A stretch of DNA of 64,000 nucleotides from Betaproteobacteria bacterium. GTDB lineage: Bacteria; Pseudomonadota; Gammaproteobacteria; Burkholderiales; Sulfuricellaceae. The position numbers were made by a program, and so were the translations under genes. This document shows positions 51,236 to 62,470 of the stretch, one piece after another (the first letter of the stretch is position 1; each line of letters begins with the position of its first letter). Below the pieces are notes generated by a model. That model saw only the letters and a program-made list of their open reading frames with translations. It ran no database searches and had not been told where the DNA came from. The stretch is taken from positions 10,572 to 74,571 of the forward strand of contig JAJFTF010000005.1 of NCBI GenBank assembly GCA_021373185.1. The letters are read 5' to 3'.

Positions 51236-51880
51236 TTAGAGGTAGCCGAGAATTTCGGCAGGGTGCTGGATGCTGGCATCGGCGCCCCAGGTTTCGGGGC
51301 GGTCTGCCGCGCCGAGATAGCCGTAGGCGGCGAGGATCGCAGGCATGTCTGCGGCGTGGGCGGCTTCGATGTCGCGCTCGGCATCGCCGATATACAGGCA
51401 GGATTGCGGTGCGACGCCGATCTCGCGGGCGGCGGCGAGGAGCGGTTCGGGGTGGGGCTTGGGGTGGGGGCAGGTGTCGCCGCTGATGATGCTGGCGGCG
51501 CGGTTGATCAGACCGAGCTGTTCCATCAGCGGGTTGGTGAAGCGTGCCGGTTTGTTGGTGACGACGCCCCAGGCGATGCCCTTGTCTTCGAGTTCGTCCA
51601 GCAGTTCGGCCATGCCTGGGAAGAGGGTGGTGTGCAGGCACAGATTGGCGGTGTAGAGCGCCAGATATTCCTCGCGCATGGGTGCGAAGCGCGCGTCTTG
51701 CGGCGTCAGGCCGAAACCGATGTCGAACAGGCCGACAGTGCCATGCGAGGCGTAAGGGCGGATGATTTCCTGCGCCAGCGACGGCAGGCCGTGGCGTTCG
51801 CGTTGCAGGTTGAGGGCGTGGCCAAGGTCGGGCGCGGTATCGGCCAGCGTCCCGTCGAGATCGAACAGAACCGCTTTCAT
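51236..51880 (-). CDS. gph: HAD-family phosphoglycolate phosphatase-like
   Basis: [25 protein letters not shown]; ATG 51880. Confidence 0.88.
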   Translation of the reverse strand: MKAVLFDLDGTLADTAPDLGHALNLQRERHGLPSLAQEIIRPYASHGTVGLFDIGFGLTPQDARFAPMREEYLALYTANLCLHTTLFPGMAELLDELEDKGIAWGVVTNKPARFTNPLMEQLGLINRAASIISGDTCPHPKPHPEPLLAAAREIGVAPQSCLYIGDAERDIEAAHAADMPAILAAYGYLGAADRPETWGADASIQHPAEILGYL

Positions 51881-52584
51881 TCCGGTCGGCAATGGATCAG
51901 GTAGTTGACGCTGGTGTCGCTGACGAGAGAGTAGGTTTTGCTGAAGGGGTTGTAGTTCATGCCGGTAATGCCGGCGACGTTCAGGCCGGCAGTGCGGCAG
52001 AAGGCGCCGAGTTCGGATGGCTTGAGGAATTTGGCGTAGTCGTGGGTGCCGCGTGGCAGCAGGTTGAGCAGGTATTCCGCACCGATCACCGCAAACAGGA
52101 AGGATTTCGGGTTGCGGTTGAGGGTGGAGAAGAAGACGTGGCCGCCCGGCTTGACCATCTCGGCGCATGCCCGTACCACGCTGGCCGGTTCCGGCACGTG
52201 CTCGAGCATTTCCATGCAGGTAATGATGTCGTAATGCTGCGGCTGTTGTTTTGCCAGCTCTTCCACGGCGATCAGGCGGTAGTCTACTTTCTGGCCGCTC
52301 TCCAGCAGGTGCAGCTTGGCGACTTTGAGGGCTTTCTCGCCGAGGTCGATGCCGGTGACCTGTGCGCCGCGCGCAGCCATGCTTTCGGCCAGGATGCCGC
52401 CGCCGCAGCCGACGTCGAGCACGGTTTTGCCGATGAGACCGGCAGCCTGATCGACATAGTCGAGGCGCAACGGGTTGATTTCATGCAGCGGCTTGAATTC
52501 ACTGTTGGGATCCCACCAGCGGTGAGCGAGCTGGGCGAATTTGTCCAGTTCCTGCTGATCTGCGTTCAATGTGGATTTGTTCAT
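51877..52584 (-). CDS. ubiG: Ubiquinone biosynthesis O-methyltransferase
   Basis: WWD...[22 protein letters not shown]. Confidence 0.96.
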   Translation of the reverse strand: MNKSTLNADQQELDKFAQLAHRWWDPNSEFKPLHEINPLRLDYVDQAAGLIGKTVLDVGCGGGILAESMAARGAQVTGIDLGEKALKVAKLHLLESGQKVDYRLIAVEELAKQQPQHYDIITCMEMLEHVPEPASVVRACAEMVKPGGHVFFSTLNRNPKSFLFAVIGAEYLLNLLPRGTHDYAKFLKPSELGAFCRTAGLNVAGITGMNYNPFSKTYSLVSDTSVNYLIHCRPE

Positions 52585-53912
52585 CTTGATCTGCTGATTT
52601 TTTCGTGCCAGAAGGCGGTTCTGGCGTTGAGTTCGCGGATATCGAGCGTGGTCAGTCGCCGCTCGTCGAGCACCAGCTTGCCGTTAACCCAGACATGGCT
52701 GACGTTTTCCCTGCCTGCGGCGTACACCAGATGCGAGGCGACATCATAGCATGGCTGGGTTTCCGGGGCGGACAAATCGACCGCAGTGATGTCCGCCGCC
52801 TTGCCGATGGCGAGCGATCCGGTTATGCGGTCGATCCCCAGTGCGCGGGCGGCATGGATGGTGGCCATGGCGAGCGCCTGATGAGCCGGCAGGGCGCCGG
52901 CGTGGCGGCTCTGGCCCTTGGCGAGCAGGGCGGCCAGGCGCATTTCGGTGAAGATGTCGAGCCGGTTGTTGCTCGCCGCGCTATCGGTGCCGAGGCCGAT
53001 ATTGATGTTTTTCTCGAGTTTTTCAAATACCGGGCCGATGCCGCTGGCGAGCTTGAGGTTGGAACTCGGGCAGTGGGCGACATGGCAGCCGTGTTCGGCC
53101 AGCAGGCTGATTTCCTCGGCGTTGACCTGCACCATATGCGCCCCGATCAAGTTGGGGGCAAGCAGGCCGAGACGGCGCAGGCGTTCCAGCGGGCGCATCT
53201 GGAATTGTTTGAGGCTTTCGTCTATTTCGTCGCGAGTTTCGTGCAGGTGAATATGGATCGGCAGGTCAAGCTGCTCGGCATAGGTCAGAACCTTGGCGAA
53301 AGTCTTGTCGCTGACGGTGTAAGGCGCGTGGGGGGCGAGCGTGAAGCTGAGCAGCGGTTCGCCGCGCAGGTCGTCGCGCACGGTCAGTCCTTTGCTGAGG
53401 TAGTCGTCGGCATCGGCGGCGTAGGCGGTGGGGAAATCGACCACGATCAGGCCGATGGCGGCGCGCATGCCGGCGGTGAGGGCGGCTTGCGCGGCGGCGG
53501 CGGGGTAAAAATACATATCGTTGAAGCAGGTCACGCCGCCCCTGAACATTTCCGCACAGGCCAGCAGCGTGCCGTCGCGCACGAATTCCGGCGAGACGAA
53601 TTTTGCCTCGGCAGGCCAGATGTGGTTGTTGAGCCAGTCCATCAGCGGCAGGTCGTCAGCCAAGCCGCGCATCAGGGTCATGGCGGCATGGGTGTGGAGG
53701 TTGATCAGGCCGGGAATGAGGACGTGATCGTCAAGCTGCAGGTGCCGGCTGGCGGTGTATTTGGCATGGGCATCGGCGGTCGGCAGGATGTCGCGGATCA
53801 CGCCGTCGGCAATGGCGATGGAATGCCGATCCAGGGTTTGCCGGGACGGTTCGATCGGGATGATCCAGCGGGCGTCGATCAGGGTGTCGATTTGGAGATT
53901 TTCGGTTTGCAT
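52581..53912 (-). CDS. mtaD: TRZ/ATZ-family amidohydrolase (MTA/SAH deaminase-like)
   Basis: [34 protein letters not shown]. Confidence 0.85.
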   Translation of the reverse strand: MQTENLQIDTLIDARWIIPIEPSRQTLDRHSIAIADGVIRDILPTADAHAKYTASRHLQLDDHVLIPGLINLHTHAAMTLMRGLADDLPLMDWLNNHIWPAEAKFVSPEFVRDGTLLACAEMFRGGVTCFNDMYFYPAAAAQAALTAGMRAAIGLIVVDFPTAYAADADDYLSKGLTVRDDLRGEPLLSFTLAPHAPYTVSDKTFAKVLTYAEQLDLPIHIHLHETRDEIDESLKQFQMRPLERLRRLGLLAPNLIGAHMVQVNAEEISLLAEHGCHVAHCPSSNLKLASGIGPVFEKLEKNINIGLGTDSAASNNRLDIFTEMRLAALLAKGQSRHAGALPAHQALAMATIHAARALGIDRITGSLAIGKAADITAVDLSAPETQPCYDVASHLVYAAGRENVSHVWVNGKLVLDERRLTTLDIRELNARTAFWHEKISRSR

Positions 53913-53930
53913 CGCAGGAATTTAGCCGAT

Positions 53931-53956
53931 AAAAAAGCCCCGCACAAGGCGGGGCT
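53931..53956 (-). terminator. ompA terminator
   Basis: AGCCCCGC-loop-GCGGGGCTTTTTT on minus strand. Confidence 0.8.
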
Positions 53957-53982
53957 GATTTTTTCGCGCCCGAAGGCCGAAA

Positions 53983-54666
53983 TTATTTCTTGGTCGGAAC
54001 CTGAATTTCCGGCTCGACGGTAACGCGGCGATCGGGTTGCAGGCACTCGATCAGCTTCTTGGTTTTCTTCGTGCCTTTGCACTTTTTGGCGGTATCGGCA
54101 TCAGGATTGGGTTCGGCTTCGCCCTTGCCTACAGTCTTGACGCGGTCTGCAGCGATGCCTTTGCTGACCAGATAAGTCTTGACTGCCGCAGCACGGCGCT
54201 CGGACAGCTTCTGGTTGTATTTGGCATTGCCGATGCGGTCGGCATGGCCGGTGACCAGCAGCAACTCTACTTCAGGATGAGCCTTCATGCCTTCGACAAC
54301 CTTGTCGTCCAGCACTTTTTTGCCTTCCGGGCGGACAATGGCCTTGTCGAAAGCGAACAGGGTTTCGGCCTTGAACTGAGCCTTGACTGCAGGCTTATCG
54401 GGGCCGGCATCGGGAACTGCTGCGGTTTTCGCGTCTTTCGATGCATTGGCCTTTGCCAAATCAGGATCGCATGCAGCGGTTGCCATGGCCGGGGTCCAGT
54501 AGCCGGTGCGCCAGCACTGATTGTAATTGTTCTTGACCACGTTGCCGCGAGTGTCGACCAAGTAGCCGGCGTTGGCTACATCGTGTGCAAAAGCCACGCC
54601 GGCAGCAGAGATTCCGGCTGCCAGAATAATGCCTAAAGTGAACTGTTTCACCAGGTTTTTTTTCAT
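53983..54666 (-). CDS. ompA: OmpA-family protein
   Basis: CWRTGYW, GHADRIG...YNQKLSERRA, PDRRV. Confidence 0.92.
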   Translation of the reverse strand: MKKNLVKQFTLGIILAAGISAAGVAFAHDVANAGYLVDTRGNVVKNNYNQCWRTGYWTPAMATAACDPDLAKANASKDAKTAAVPDAGPDKPAVKAQFKAETLFAFDKAIVRPEGKKVLDDKVVEGMKAHPEVELLLVTGHADRIGNAKYNQKLSERRAAAVKTYLVSKGIAADRVKTVGKGEAEPNPDADTAKKCKGTKKTKKLIECLQPDRRVTVEPEIQVPTKK

Positions 54667-54900
54667 TTTTGATTCTCCTATTTGGTATTGATAGATCCCA
54701 AGCTGTTCAGGTGCGATCTCAAGGTGCTTTCAGCATGCGCACTTAACATTTACTTTTATATCATATACCAATAATTAAAAAAGTGACAGAAAATCAATGT
54801 TTATGCGGAGTGGCTTGGTAAGTGGCAACATGCTAAAATTGAAAACATTTTGTTTCCACAGTTCAATACAATTCAGGTCAAGTAGAATCTTATAGCCCAT

Positions 54901-57459
54901 ATGGAAATATTCGCCAGAGAAACGCTCCCGGTCAGTCTCGAAGAAGAAATGCGCCGCTCCTATCTCGATTACGCCATGAGCGTGATCGTTGGTCGTGCGT
55001 TGCCCGATGTGCGCGACGGCCTCAAGCCGGTGCACCGGCGTGCGCTGTTTGCCATGCACGAACTGTCCAACGACTGGAACAAGGCCTACAAGAAGTCGGC
55101 GCGTATCGTCGGCGACGTGATCGGTAAATATCACCCCCACGGCGACACTGCGGTGTACGACACCATCGTCCGCATGGCGCAGGATTTCAGCTTGCGCTAT
55201 CCGCTGGTGGATGGCCAAGGCAACTTCGGCTCGGTCGATGGCGACAACGCCGCTGCAATGCGATACACCGAGATCCGCATGGCGCGGATCGCCCACGAAT
55301 TGCTTGCCGACCTCGAAAAGGAAACGGTCGATTTCGGCCCGAACTACGACGGTTCGGAGCACGAACCGCTGGTGCTGCCGTCGAAGATCCCCAATCTGTT
55401 GATCAACGGCAGTTCGGGCATCGCCGTGGGCATGGCAACCAACATTCCGCCGCACAACCTGAACGAAATCTCGGACGCCTGCCTGTTGTTGCTGGAGAAT
55501 CCGGACACCGATATCGAGGATTTGATCGAGATCGTGCCGGCCCCCGATTTCCCCACCGCCGGGATTATTTACGGCACGGTCGGGGTCAAGGAAGGCTACC
55601 GCACCGGTCGTGGTCGGGTAGTGATGCGCGCCCGCGTGCATTTCGAGGATATCGACAAGGTGGGCGGGCGTCAGGCGATCATCGTCGACGAGCTGCCCTA
55701 CCAGGTGAACAAGGCCAATTTGCTGATCAAGATCGGCGAACTGGTGCGCGAGAAGAAGCTCGAAGGCATTTCCGACTTGCGCGACGAGTCGGACAAGTCC
55801 GGCATGCGCATGGTGATCGAGTTGAAGCGCGGCGAAGTGCCGGAAGTGGTGCTCAACAACCTGTACAAGCAGACGCAGATGCAGGATACCTTCGGCATGA
55901 ACATGGTGGCGATTCTGGATGGCCGGCCTCGCCTGTTCAATCTGAAGCAGATGCTTGAAGCCTTCCTGCGCCACCGGCGCGAGGTGGTGACACGGCGCAC
56001 CGTGTTCGACCTGCGCAAGGCGCGCGAACGCGGCCATATTCTGGAAGGCCTGGCCGTAGCCCTGTCCAATGTGGATGAGGTGATTGCCCTGATCAAGGCG
56101 GCGCCGACGCCGTCTGCCGCCAAACTGGGGCTGATGGAGAAAGTATGGCGCTCGCCGCTGGTGGAGGAAATGCTGGCGCGGACTGCCGCCGATGCTTCTC
56201 GCCCTGAGGGTCTGGCGCTCGAATTCGGTTTTTCCGACCAGGGTTATCGCCTTTCCGACGCCCAGACGCAGGCGATTCTTGAGCTGCGTTTGCAACGTTT
56301 GACCGGTCTGGAACAGGACAAGATCGTGTCCGAATATCGGGAGGTGATGGAAAAGATCGTCGATCTGCTCGATATTCTTGCCAAACCTCAACGCATTACC
56401 GAAATCATCGTGCTGGAGTTGACCGCGATCAAGGCGCAGTTCGGCGACAAGCGCCGTAGCGAGATCGTCGTTCATGCCCAGGATTTGAGCATGGAAGATC
56501 TGATCACGCCGCAGGACATGGTCGTGACCCTGTCGCACAGCGGCTATATCAAATCCCAGCCGCTGGAAGATTACAGCGCCCAGAAGCGCGGCGGGCGCGG
56601 CAAGCAGGCGACGGCGATGAAGGAAGAAGATTTCATCGAGAAACTGTTCATCGCCAACACCCACGACTATATCCTGTGCTTCTCCAACCGCGGCCAGGTC
56701 TACTGGATCAAGGTTTATGAAGTGCCGCAAGGCAGCCGGGGTTCGCGCGGCAAGCCGATCATCAACATGCTGCAACTGGAGGAAGGCGAGAAGATCAACG
56801 CCATCCTGCCGGTCAAGGAATTCGACGACGGTCATTTCATTTTCATGGCGACCGCCAGCGGCATCGTCAAGAAAACCCCGCTGTCCGACTTCTCGCGTCC
56901 GATGAAGCGCGGCATTATCGCCATCAACCTCGACGACGACGACTATCTGATCGGCGTGGACATCACCGACGGCAAGCACGACGTCATGTTGTTCACCGAC
57001 GGCGGCAAGGCGGTGCGCTTCGATGAGGAAAACGTGCGCGCGACCGGTCGTGTTTCGCGTGGCGTGATGGGCGTGCGGCTGGGCAAGGGGCAGAAAGTGA
57101 TTTCCCTGCTGGTGGCGGAGAACGAGACCCAGTCGGTGCTCACTGCTACCGAAAACGGCTACGGCAAGCGCACCTCGATTACCGAATACACCCGCCATGG
57201 CCGCGGCACCCAAGGCATGATGGCGATCCAGACTTCGGAACGCAACGGCAAAGTGGTGTCGGCGACGCTGGTGAATACTGAAGATCAAATCATGCTAATC
57301 ACCACTGGTGGCGTGCTGATCCGCACTCGCGTCAGCGAAATCCGCGAGATGGGTCGTGCCACCCAGGGCGTGACGCTGATCAATCTCGACAAGGGCGAGA
57401 AACTGGTGGGCCTGGAAAAAGTCGTTGGATCGGAAGCGGAAGAAGACGGAGAAGAGTGA
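54901..57459 (+). CDS. gyrA: DNA gyrase subunit A
   Basis: HPHGD (QRDR with Thr), AAMRY, QKRGGRG GyrA box. Confidence 0.98.
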   Translation: MEIFARETLPVSLEEEMRRSYLDYAMSVIVGRALPDVRDGLKPVHRRALFAMHELSNDWNKAYKKSARIVGDVIGKYHPHGDTAVYDTIVRMAQDFSLRYPLVDGQGNFGSVDGDNAAAMRYTEIRMARIAHELLADLEKETVDFGPNYDGSEHEPLVLPSKIPNLLINGSSGIAVGMATNIPPHNLNEISDACLLLLENPDTDIEDLIEIVPAPDFPTAGIIYGTVGVKEGYRTGRGRVVMRARVHFEDIDKVGGRQAIIVDELPYQVNKANLLIKIGELVREKKLEGISDLRDESDKSGMRMVIELKRGEVPEVVLNNLYKQTQMQDTFGMNMVAILDGRPRLFNLKQMLEAFLRHRREVVTRRTVFDLRKARERGHILEGLAVALSNVDEVIALIKAAPTPSAAKLGLMEKVWRSPLVEEMLARTAADASRPEGLALEFGFSDQGYRLSDAQTQAILELRLQRLTGLEQDKIVSEYREVMEKIVDLLDILAKPQRITEIIVLELTAIKAQFGDKRRSEIVVHAQDLSMEDLITPQDMVVTLSHSGYIKSQPLEDYSAQKRGGRGKQATAMKEEDFIEKLFIANTHDYILCFSNRGQVYWIKVYEVPQGSRGSRGKPIINMLQLEEGEKINAILPVKEFDDGHFIFMATASGIVKKTPLSDFSRPMKRGIIAINLDDDDYLIGVDITDGKHDVMLFTDGGKAVRFDEENVRATGRVSRGVMGVRLGKGQKVISLLVAENETQSVLTATENGYGKRTSITEYTRHGRGTQGMMAIQTSERNGKVVSATLVNTEDQIMLITTGGVLIRTRVSEIREMGRATQGVTLINLDKGEKLVGLEKVVGSEAEEDGEE

Positions 57460-57488
57460 TTCCGACCGCTGTTTAGAGTAAAACATCG

Positions 57489-57524
57489 CCACGAATGACG
57501 CGAATTTGTTCGTGTCATTCGTGG
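57489..57524. repeat. Hairpin CCACGAATGACGCGAA-tttg-TTCGTGTCATTCGTGG
   Basis: 16-bp arms, 1 mismatch; resembles a compact ATTCGTG variant of the ATCCGTG repeats. Confidence 0.75.
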
Positions 57525-57552
57525 TTAATATTTTTTAGCTTAATGTTCAATT

Positions 57553-58635
57553 ATGGAACGAATCTACAATTTTAGCGCAGGCCCGGCCGCATTGCCGGAG
57601 GAAGTGCTGGAGCAGGCGCGCGACGAAATGCTCAACTGGCAAGGCTGCGGCATGTCGGTGATGGAGATGAGCCATCGCGGCAAGGAATTCATGGCCATCG
57701 CCGCCGAGGCCGAAGCCGACCTGCGCGAGCTGATGGCGATTCCCGCCAACTACAAGGTGCTGTTCCTGCAGGGCGGCGCATCCAGCCAGTTCGCCATGGT
57801 GCCGATGAACCTGCTGCGCGGCAAAAAGACCGTCGATATCGTCAATACCGGGGTGTGGTCGCAGAAGGCCATCGAGGAAGCGGAGAAATTCTGCCAGGTC
57901 AATGTTGCCGCCAGCTCGGAAGACGCTAAATTCAGCTATGCCCCGACCCAGGACAAATGGCGTCTGAGCAAGGATGCCGCTTACGTTCATTACACCCCGA
58001 ACGAAACCATCGGCGGCGTGGAGTTCCACTGGCTGCCCGAGACCGGCGATGTGCCGCTGGTCGCCGACATGTCCTCGAACATCCTGTCCGGCCCGCTCGA
58101 CGTCTCCCGTTTCGGCCTGATCTATGCCGGGGCGCAGAAGAACATCGGCCCGGCCGGCTTGTGCATCGTGATCGTGCGCGAAGACCTGATCGGCCAGACG
58201 CTGCCGGGAACGCCGACCATGTTCGACTACCGGATTCACGCCGACAACGATTCGATGTACAACACGCCGCCCACCTATTCGCTGTATATCGCCGGACTGG
58301 TGTTCAAATGGCTGAAACGCCTTGGCGGCTTGGCGGAAATGGACAAGCGCAACAATGCCAAGGCTGCGTTGCTTTATAGCTATCTTGACAGCGGCGATTT
58401 TTACCATTGCCCGGTGGCAGAAGACAGCCGGTCGCGCATGAATGTGCCGTTTACCCTGAAGAATGCGGCGCTGGACGAGGAATTCCTCAAGCAGTCCAAA
58501 GCGCGCGGCTTGGCGCAGTTGAAGGGCCATCGACTGCTCGGCGGCATGCGCGCCTCGATCTACAACCCGATGCCGCTGGCAGGGGTGCAGGCTCTGGTGG
58601 ATTTCATGCGCGAATTCGAGCAGAAACATGGCTGA
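57553..58635 (+). CDS. serC: Phosphoserine aminotransferase
   Basis: NFSAGPA, NETIGG, AGAQKNIGP, GGMRASIYN. Confidence 0.97.
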   Translation: MERIYNFSAGPAALPEEVLEQARDEMLNWQGCGMSVMEMSHRGKEFMAIAAEAEADLRELMAIPANYKVLFLQGGASSQFAMVPMNLLRGKKTVDIVNTGVWSQKAIEEAEKFCQVNVAASSEDAKFSYAPTQDKWRLSKDAAYVHYTPNETIGGVEFHWLPETGDVPLVADMSSNILSGPLDVSRFGLIYAGAQKNIGPAGLCIVIVREDLIGQTLPGTPTMFDYRIHADNDSMYNTPPTYSLYIAGLVFKWLKRLGGLAEMDKRNNAKAALLYSYLDSGDFYHCPVAEDSRSRMNVPFTLKNAALDEEFLKQSKARGLAQLKGHRLLGGMRASIYNPMPLAGVQALVDFMREFEQKHG

Positions 58636-59692
58636 CGAACTGCAGAAGCACCGTGCCAGCATCGACGCCATCGACGACGAGGTATTGAAGCTCGTCAATC
58701 GTCGCGCCGAACACGCCCAGGCGATCGGCGCCCTGAAAAACGGCGTGGTGTTCCGCCCCGAGCGCGAGGCGCAGGTGTTGCGCCGGATCAAGGAAAATAA
58801 CCCCGGCCCGCTTTCCGGCGAAACCGTGGCGCGCCTGTTCCGCGAAATCATGTCGGCCTGCCTGGCGCTGGAAAAGCCGCTGTCGGTGGCTTTTCTCGGG
58901 CCGCAAGGCACCTTCAGCCAAGCGGCGGCGGTCAAGCATTTCGGCCATGCCGCCAATACCCAGTCGTGCGCTTCTATCGACGAGGTGTTCCGTGCCGTGG
59001 AAGCGGGCAATGCGGATTACGGCGTGGTGCCGGTCGAAAATTCCACCGGCGGGGCGGTGGGCACCACGCTGGACCTGCTGCTGGCCACGCCGCTCAAGGT
59101 TTGCGGCGAAGTCGATCTGCGTGTGCACCAGTTTCTGCTGCGCAAAGCGGGTGCGCCGGGCAAGCCGCTGAAAGTCTATTCCCACGCCCAATCCTTTGCC
59201 CAATGCCACGAATGGCTGAACCAGAATCTGCCGGGAGTGGAGCGCATCGTCACGGTGAGCAATACCGAGGCGGCTCGCCTTGCGGCGGAAGATGAAATGG
59301 CTGCCGCAATCGCCGGGGAAATGGCAGCGGAACATTATGGCTTGGAACAACTGGCACAGAATATCGAGGACAAACCGAACAACACCACCCGTTTTCTGGT
59401 GATTGCCACTCACGATGCCGCTCCGTCCGGCAAGGATAAAACCTCTCTTGTCCTGGCCGCGAAGAACAGCCCCGGCGCAGTGTATGAGCTGCTCGCACCG
59501 CTGGCGCGGCATGGTGTCAGCATGAGCAAGCTCGAATCCCGTCCTTCGCGCACCGGCCTGTGGGAATACGTCTTTTTTGTCGACGTGGAAGGGCACCGCG
59601 AGGATGCGCAGGTCGTTCCGGCGCTGTCCGAACTGGCCGACAAGGCGGCATTCCTTAAAATTCTGGGTTCTTACCCTATCGCTGTTCTTTAA
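58628..59692 (+). CDS. pheA: Chorismate mutase/prephenate dehydratase (P-protein)
   Basis: CM N-terminus, LGPQGTFS, PVENST, NTTRF, LESRPS ACT domain. Confidence 0.97.
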   Translation: MADELQKHRASIDAIDDEVLKLVNRRAEHAQAIGALKNGVVFRPEREAQVLRRIKENNPGPLSGETVARLFREIMSACLALEKPLSVAFLGPQGTFSQAAAVKHFGHAANTQSCASIDEVFRAVEAGNADYGVVPVENSTGGAVGTTLDLLLATPLKVCGEVDLRVHQFLLRKAGAPGKPLKVYSHAQSFAQCHEWLNQNLPGVERIVTVSNTEAARLAAEDEMAAAIAGEMAAEHYGLEQLAQNIEDKPNNTTRFLVIATHDAAPSGKDKTSLVLAAKNSPGAVYELLAPLARHGVSMSKLESRPSRTGLWEYVFFVDVEGHREDAQVVPALSELADKAAFLKILGSYPIAVL

Positions 59693-59720
59693 AAAAGAGA
59701 AGTAACGAGCCAAACCGATC

Positions 59721-60299
59721 ATGGACAAGAAAAATTTCCCCGCAATGAAATCGAGCGCCGTTAATCCCGACCTGAACTGGAGCCAGGTGCGGGAGACCAT
59801 CCTGATGCTGGGTGTGTCGATCGGCCAGATCGACGCGGTGATGCGCGATGGCGACGAGTCGGTCGGCGTGCTGACGAATTCCTTTACCACCATGACCAGC
59901 GCCGTGGCCGATATCGGCGAGGCTGCCCGCGGTTTGCCGGATGACGAGGCGACACGATCGGTGCGCGAAACCATCGAAAGCAAATGCGGGTTTGTTTCCG
60001 GGCAGATGCAGCACGCGATCATGGCGTTCCAGTTTTATGACCGCATGGTGCAGCGTCTCGACCATGTCTGCCGCAGCATTGATGCGCTGGCCGATTTGAT
60101 CGCGGACAGCCGCCGCTTGTACAGCCCTGCCGAATGGGTTGCGATCCAGGATAAAATTCGCTCGAAATACACCATGGAGTCAGAACGCATCATGTTCGAC
60201 GCCATTCTCGACGGTGCGAGCATCCACGATGCGCTCGAACTATCGCGGAGCTGGGCGGATGCGGAGCGCGGCAAGGGCGATGAAATCGAACTGTTCTGA
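59721..60299 (+). CDS. Hypothetical coiled-coil protein with CheZ-like QFxDxxxQ motif
   Basis: AIMAFQFYDRMVQRLDHV; C-terminal DEIELF. Confidence 0.7.
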   Translation: MDKKNFPAMKSSAVNPDLNWSQVRETILMLGVSIGQIDAVMRDGDESVGVLTNSFTTMTSAVADIGEAARGLPDDEATRSVRETIESKCGFVSGQMQHAIMAFQFYDRMVQRLDHVCRSIDALADLIADSRRLYSPAEWVAIQDKIRSKYTMESERIMFDAILDGASIHDALELSRSWADAERGKGDEIELF

Positions 60300-60317
60300 C
60301 CGCACGCTGCGCCAATA

Positions 60318-61448
60318 ATGAACTCTCAAGCAACGATTATGGATAATTGTGATTTCGCGCCGTCCCATGTGCGCGGCATAGCTCCCTATCAGCCCGGCAA
60401 GCCGATTGCCGAGCTGGCGCGGGAAATGGATTTGCTGGAATGCGATATCGTCAAGCTGGCTTCCAACGAAAACCCGCTTGGTGCCAGCCCGCGTGCGCTG
60501 GCCGCCATCGAGAACGTGCTGATGGAAGTTGCGCGTTACCCGGACGGCAGCGGATTTATGCTTAAAACCGCGCTGGCGCAGAAGCACGGCGTAGAGATGA
60601 ACCAGATCGTGCTGGGCAACGGCTCCAACGATGTGCTGGAACTGGTGGCGCGCGCCTTCCTGACGCCGCAGAGTTCTGCGGTGTTCAGCCAGTATGCATT
60701 TGCGGTTTATCCGCTGGCTATTCAGGCTATCGGCGCGCGTGGCATCGAGGCGCCAGCCAGGCATTTCGGCCATGACCCAGAGGCGCTGCTGGCGGCGATT
60801 GCTGCAGATACTCGTATCCTGTTCATCGCCAATCCCAATAATCCGACCGGCACGCTGCTCGAACCGGATCGTCTGCTGGCCTTGATCGAACGCATTCCGG
60901 CCCATGTGCTGGTGGTGTTGGACGAGGCCTATACCGAATACCTGCCGGATGCGCTCAGGAGCGATAGCGTCGGCTGGCTCAAGCGCTTCCCGAATCTGAT
61001 CGTCACGCGCACCTTTTCCAAGGCCTATGGCCTGGCCGGTTTGCGCGTCGGTTATGCGCTGGCCAGCCCGCAGGTGGCGGACATGATGAACCGGGTGCGT
61101 CAGCCTTTCAATGTCAACGCTTTCGCTCAGGCGGCGGCGGTGGCGGCGATGGAGGATGTCGCTTTCCTCGACGAGTGCCTGGCGATCAACCGCGCGGGCA
61201 TGGCGCAACTGACGGCAGGCTTCGAGCGTCTCGGTCTTGAATATATTCCTTCGCACGGAAATTTCGTCGCGGTGCGCCTGGGGGACGCCGCCACGGTTAA
61301 TCGCAGTCTGCTGGCGCAGGGCGTGATCGTGCGGCCTATCGCCAATTACGGCATGCCGGAGCACTTGCGGGTGAGCGTCGGACTGGAAGGCGAAAACAAC
61401 GTATTTTTACAAGCCCTGGAACGGGCTCTTGAGGAGTTGGAAAAATGA
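60318..61448 (+). CDS. hisC: Histidinol-phosphate/aromatic aminotransferase
   Basis: KLASNENP, NPNNPTG, DEAY, RTFSKAYGLAGLRVGY. Confidence 0.95.
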   Translation: MNSQATIMDNCDFAPSHVRGIAPYQPGKPIAELAREMDLLECDIVKLASNENPLGASPRALAAIENVLMEVARYPDGSGFMLKTALAQKHGVEMNQIVLGNGSNDVLELVARAFLTPQSSAVFSQYAFAVYPLAIQAIGARGIEAPARHFGHDPEALLAAIAADTRILFIANPNNPTGTLLEPDRLLALIERIPAHVLVVLDEAYTEYLPDALRSDSVGWLKRFPNLIVTRTFSKAYGLAGLRVGYALASPQVADMMNRVRQPFNVNAFAQAAAVAAMEDVAFLDECLAINRAGMAQLTAGFERLGLEYIPSHGNFVAVRLGDAATVNRSLLAQGVIVRPIANYGMPEHLRVSVGLEGENNVFLQALERALEELEK

Positions 61449-62461
61449 TTATCGTCATGAGCAGCGGCGCTACCGAACAGCAGATCGACAACGTCGTTAA
61501 AAAAATCAAGGAAGCCGGGCTGGACGCAAATATTTCTCGCGGCACCGAGCGCACGGTAATCGGCGCAATCGGCGACGAGCGCAAGCTGGAAGCGGAATAC
61601 TTCGAAGCGCTTCCCGGCGTCGAGCAGGCGATGCACGTGGTCAAGCCTTACAAGATCGTCGGGCGGGAATGGCACAAGCAGGACAGCGTGATCGACATCA
61701 AGGGCATCCCGCTCGGCGGCAAGCAGATTCAGATTATCGCCGGGCCCTGTTCGGTGGAGACGCCGGAGCAGATGGCCCTGGCGGCGCAGGAGGTGCATGC
61801 GGCGGGCTGTCGCCTGATGCGCGGCGGCGCCTTCAAGCCGCGTACCAGCCCCTACGCCTTTCAGGGGCATGGCGTGGAAGGTCTGGCGATGTTCCGCACG
61901 GCAGCCGAGAAATACAACCTGCCCATCGTCACCGAGCTGATGGATGCGCGGCAACTCGATACCTTTCTCGAATACGATGTCGATGTCATCCAGATCGGTA
62001 CGCGCAACATGCAGAATTTCGACCTGCTCAAGGAAGTCGGGCGAACCAACAAGCCGGTGATTCTCAAGCGCGGCATGTCGGCGACCATTTCCGAATGGCT
62101 GATGTCGGCGGAATATATCGCCGCCGGCGGCAACCACAACATCATTTTCTGCGAGCGCGGCATCCGCTCTTTCGAGACCTATTACCGCAACGTGCTGGAC
62201 GTCACCGCGATTCCAGTGCTGAAAAAAGAAACCCACCTGCCGGTGATTGTCGATCCTTCCCACGCGGGCGGCAAGGCGTGGATGGTGCCGGCGCTTTCGC
62301 GTGCGGCGCTCGCTGCCGGCGCGGACGGCCTGCTGGTCGAGATGCACCCCAATCCCTGCGAAGCATGGTGCGACGCGGATCAGGCGCTGAACGCGAAAGA
62401 ACTCAAGGAACTGATGGGCTCGTTGAGCCTGATAGCGCAGGCGGTAGGCCGCGAGATTTAA
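61445..62461 (+). CDS. aroF: DAHP synthase type I-beta with N-terminal regulatory domain
   Basis: IAGPCSVE, GGAFKPRTSPY, CERGIR, DPSH, CDADQ. Confidence 0.92.
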   Translation: MIIVMSSGATEQQIDNVVKKIKEAGLDANISRGTERTVIGAIGDERKLEAEYFEALPGVEQAMHVVKPYKIVGREWHKQDSVIDIKGIPLGGKQIQIIAGPCSVETPEQMALAAQEVHAAGCRLMRGGAFKPRTSPYAFQGHGVEGLAMFRTAAEKYNLPIVTELMDARQLDTFLEYDVDVIQIGTRNMQNFDLLKEVGRTNKPVILKRGMSATISEWLMSAEYIAAGGNHNIIFCERGIRSFETYYRNVLDVTAIPVLKKETHLPVIVDPSHAGGKAWMVPALSRAALAAGADGLLVEMHPNPCEAWCDADQALNAKELKELMGSLSLIAQAVGREI

Positions 62462-62470
62462 GCCTGCCCT

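Noticed and set aside
51236-52168. 310-aa minus-strand ORF suggesting a ubiG-gph fusion or frameshift
   Set aside because: The upstream part is an off-frame shadow of ubiG. ubiG and gph simply overlap by 4 bp (ATGA coupling).
54775-57288. 837-aa antisense ORF over gyrA (and similar long antisense ORFs over nuo, soeA and serC)
   Set aside because: A typical high-GC codon-bias shadow with no protein motifs.
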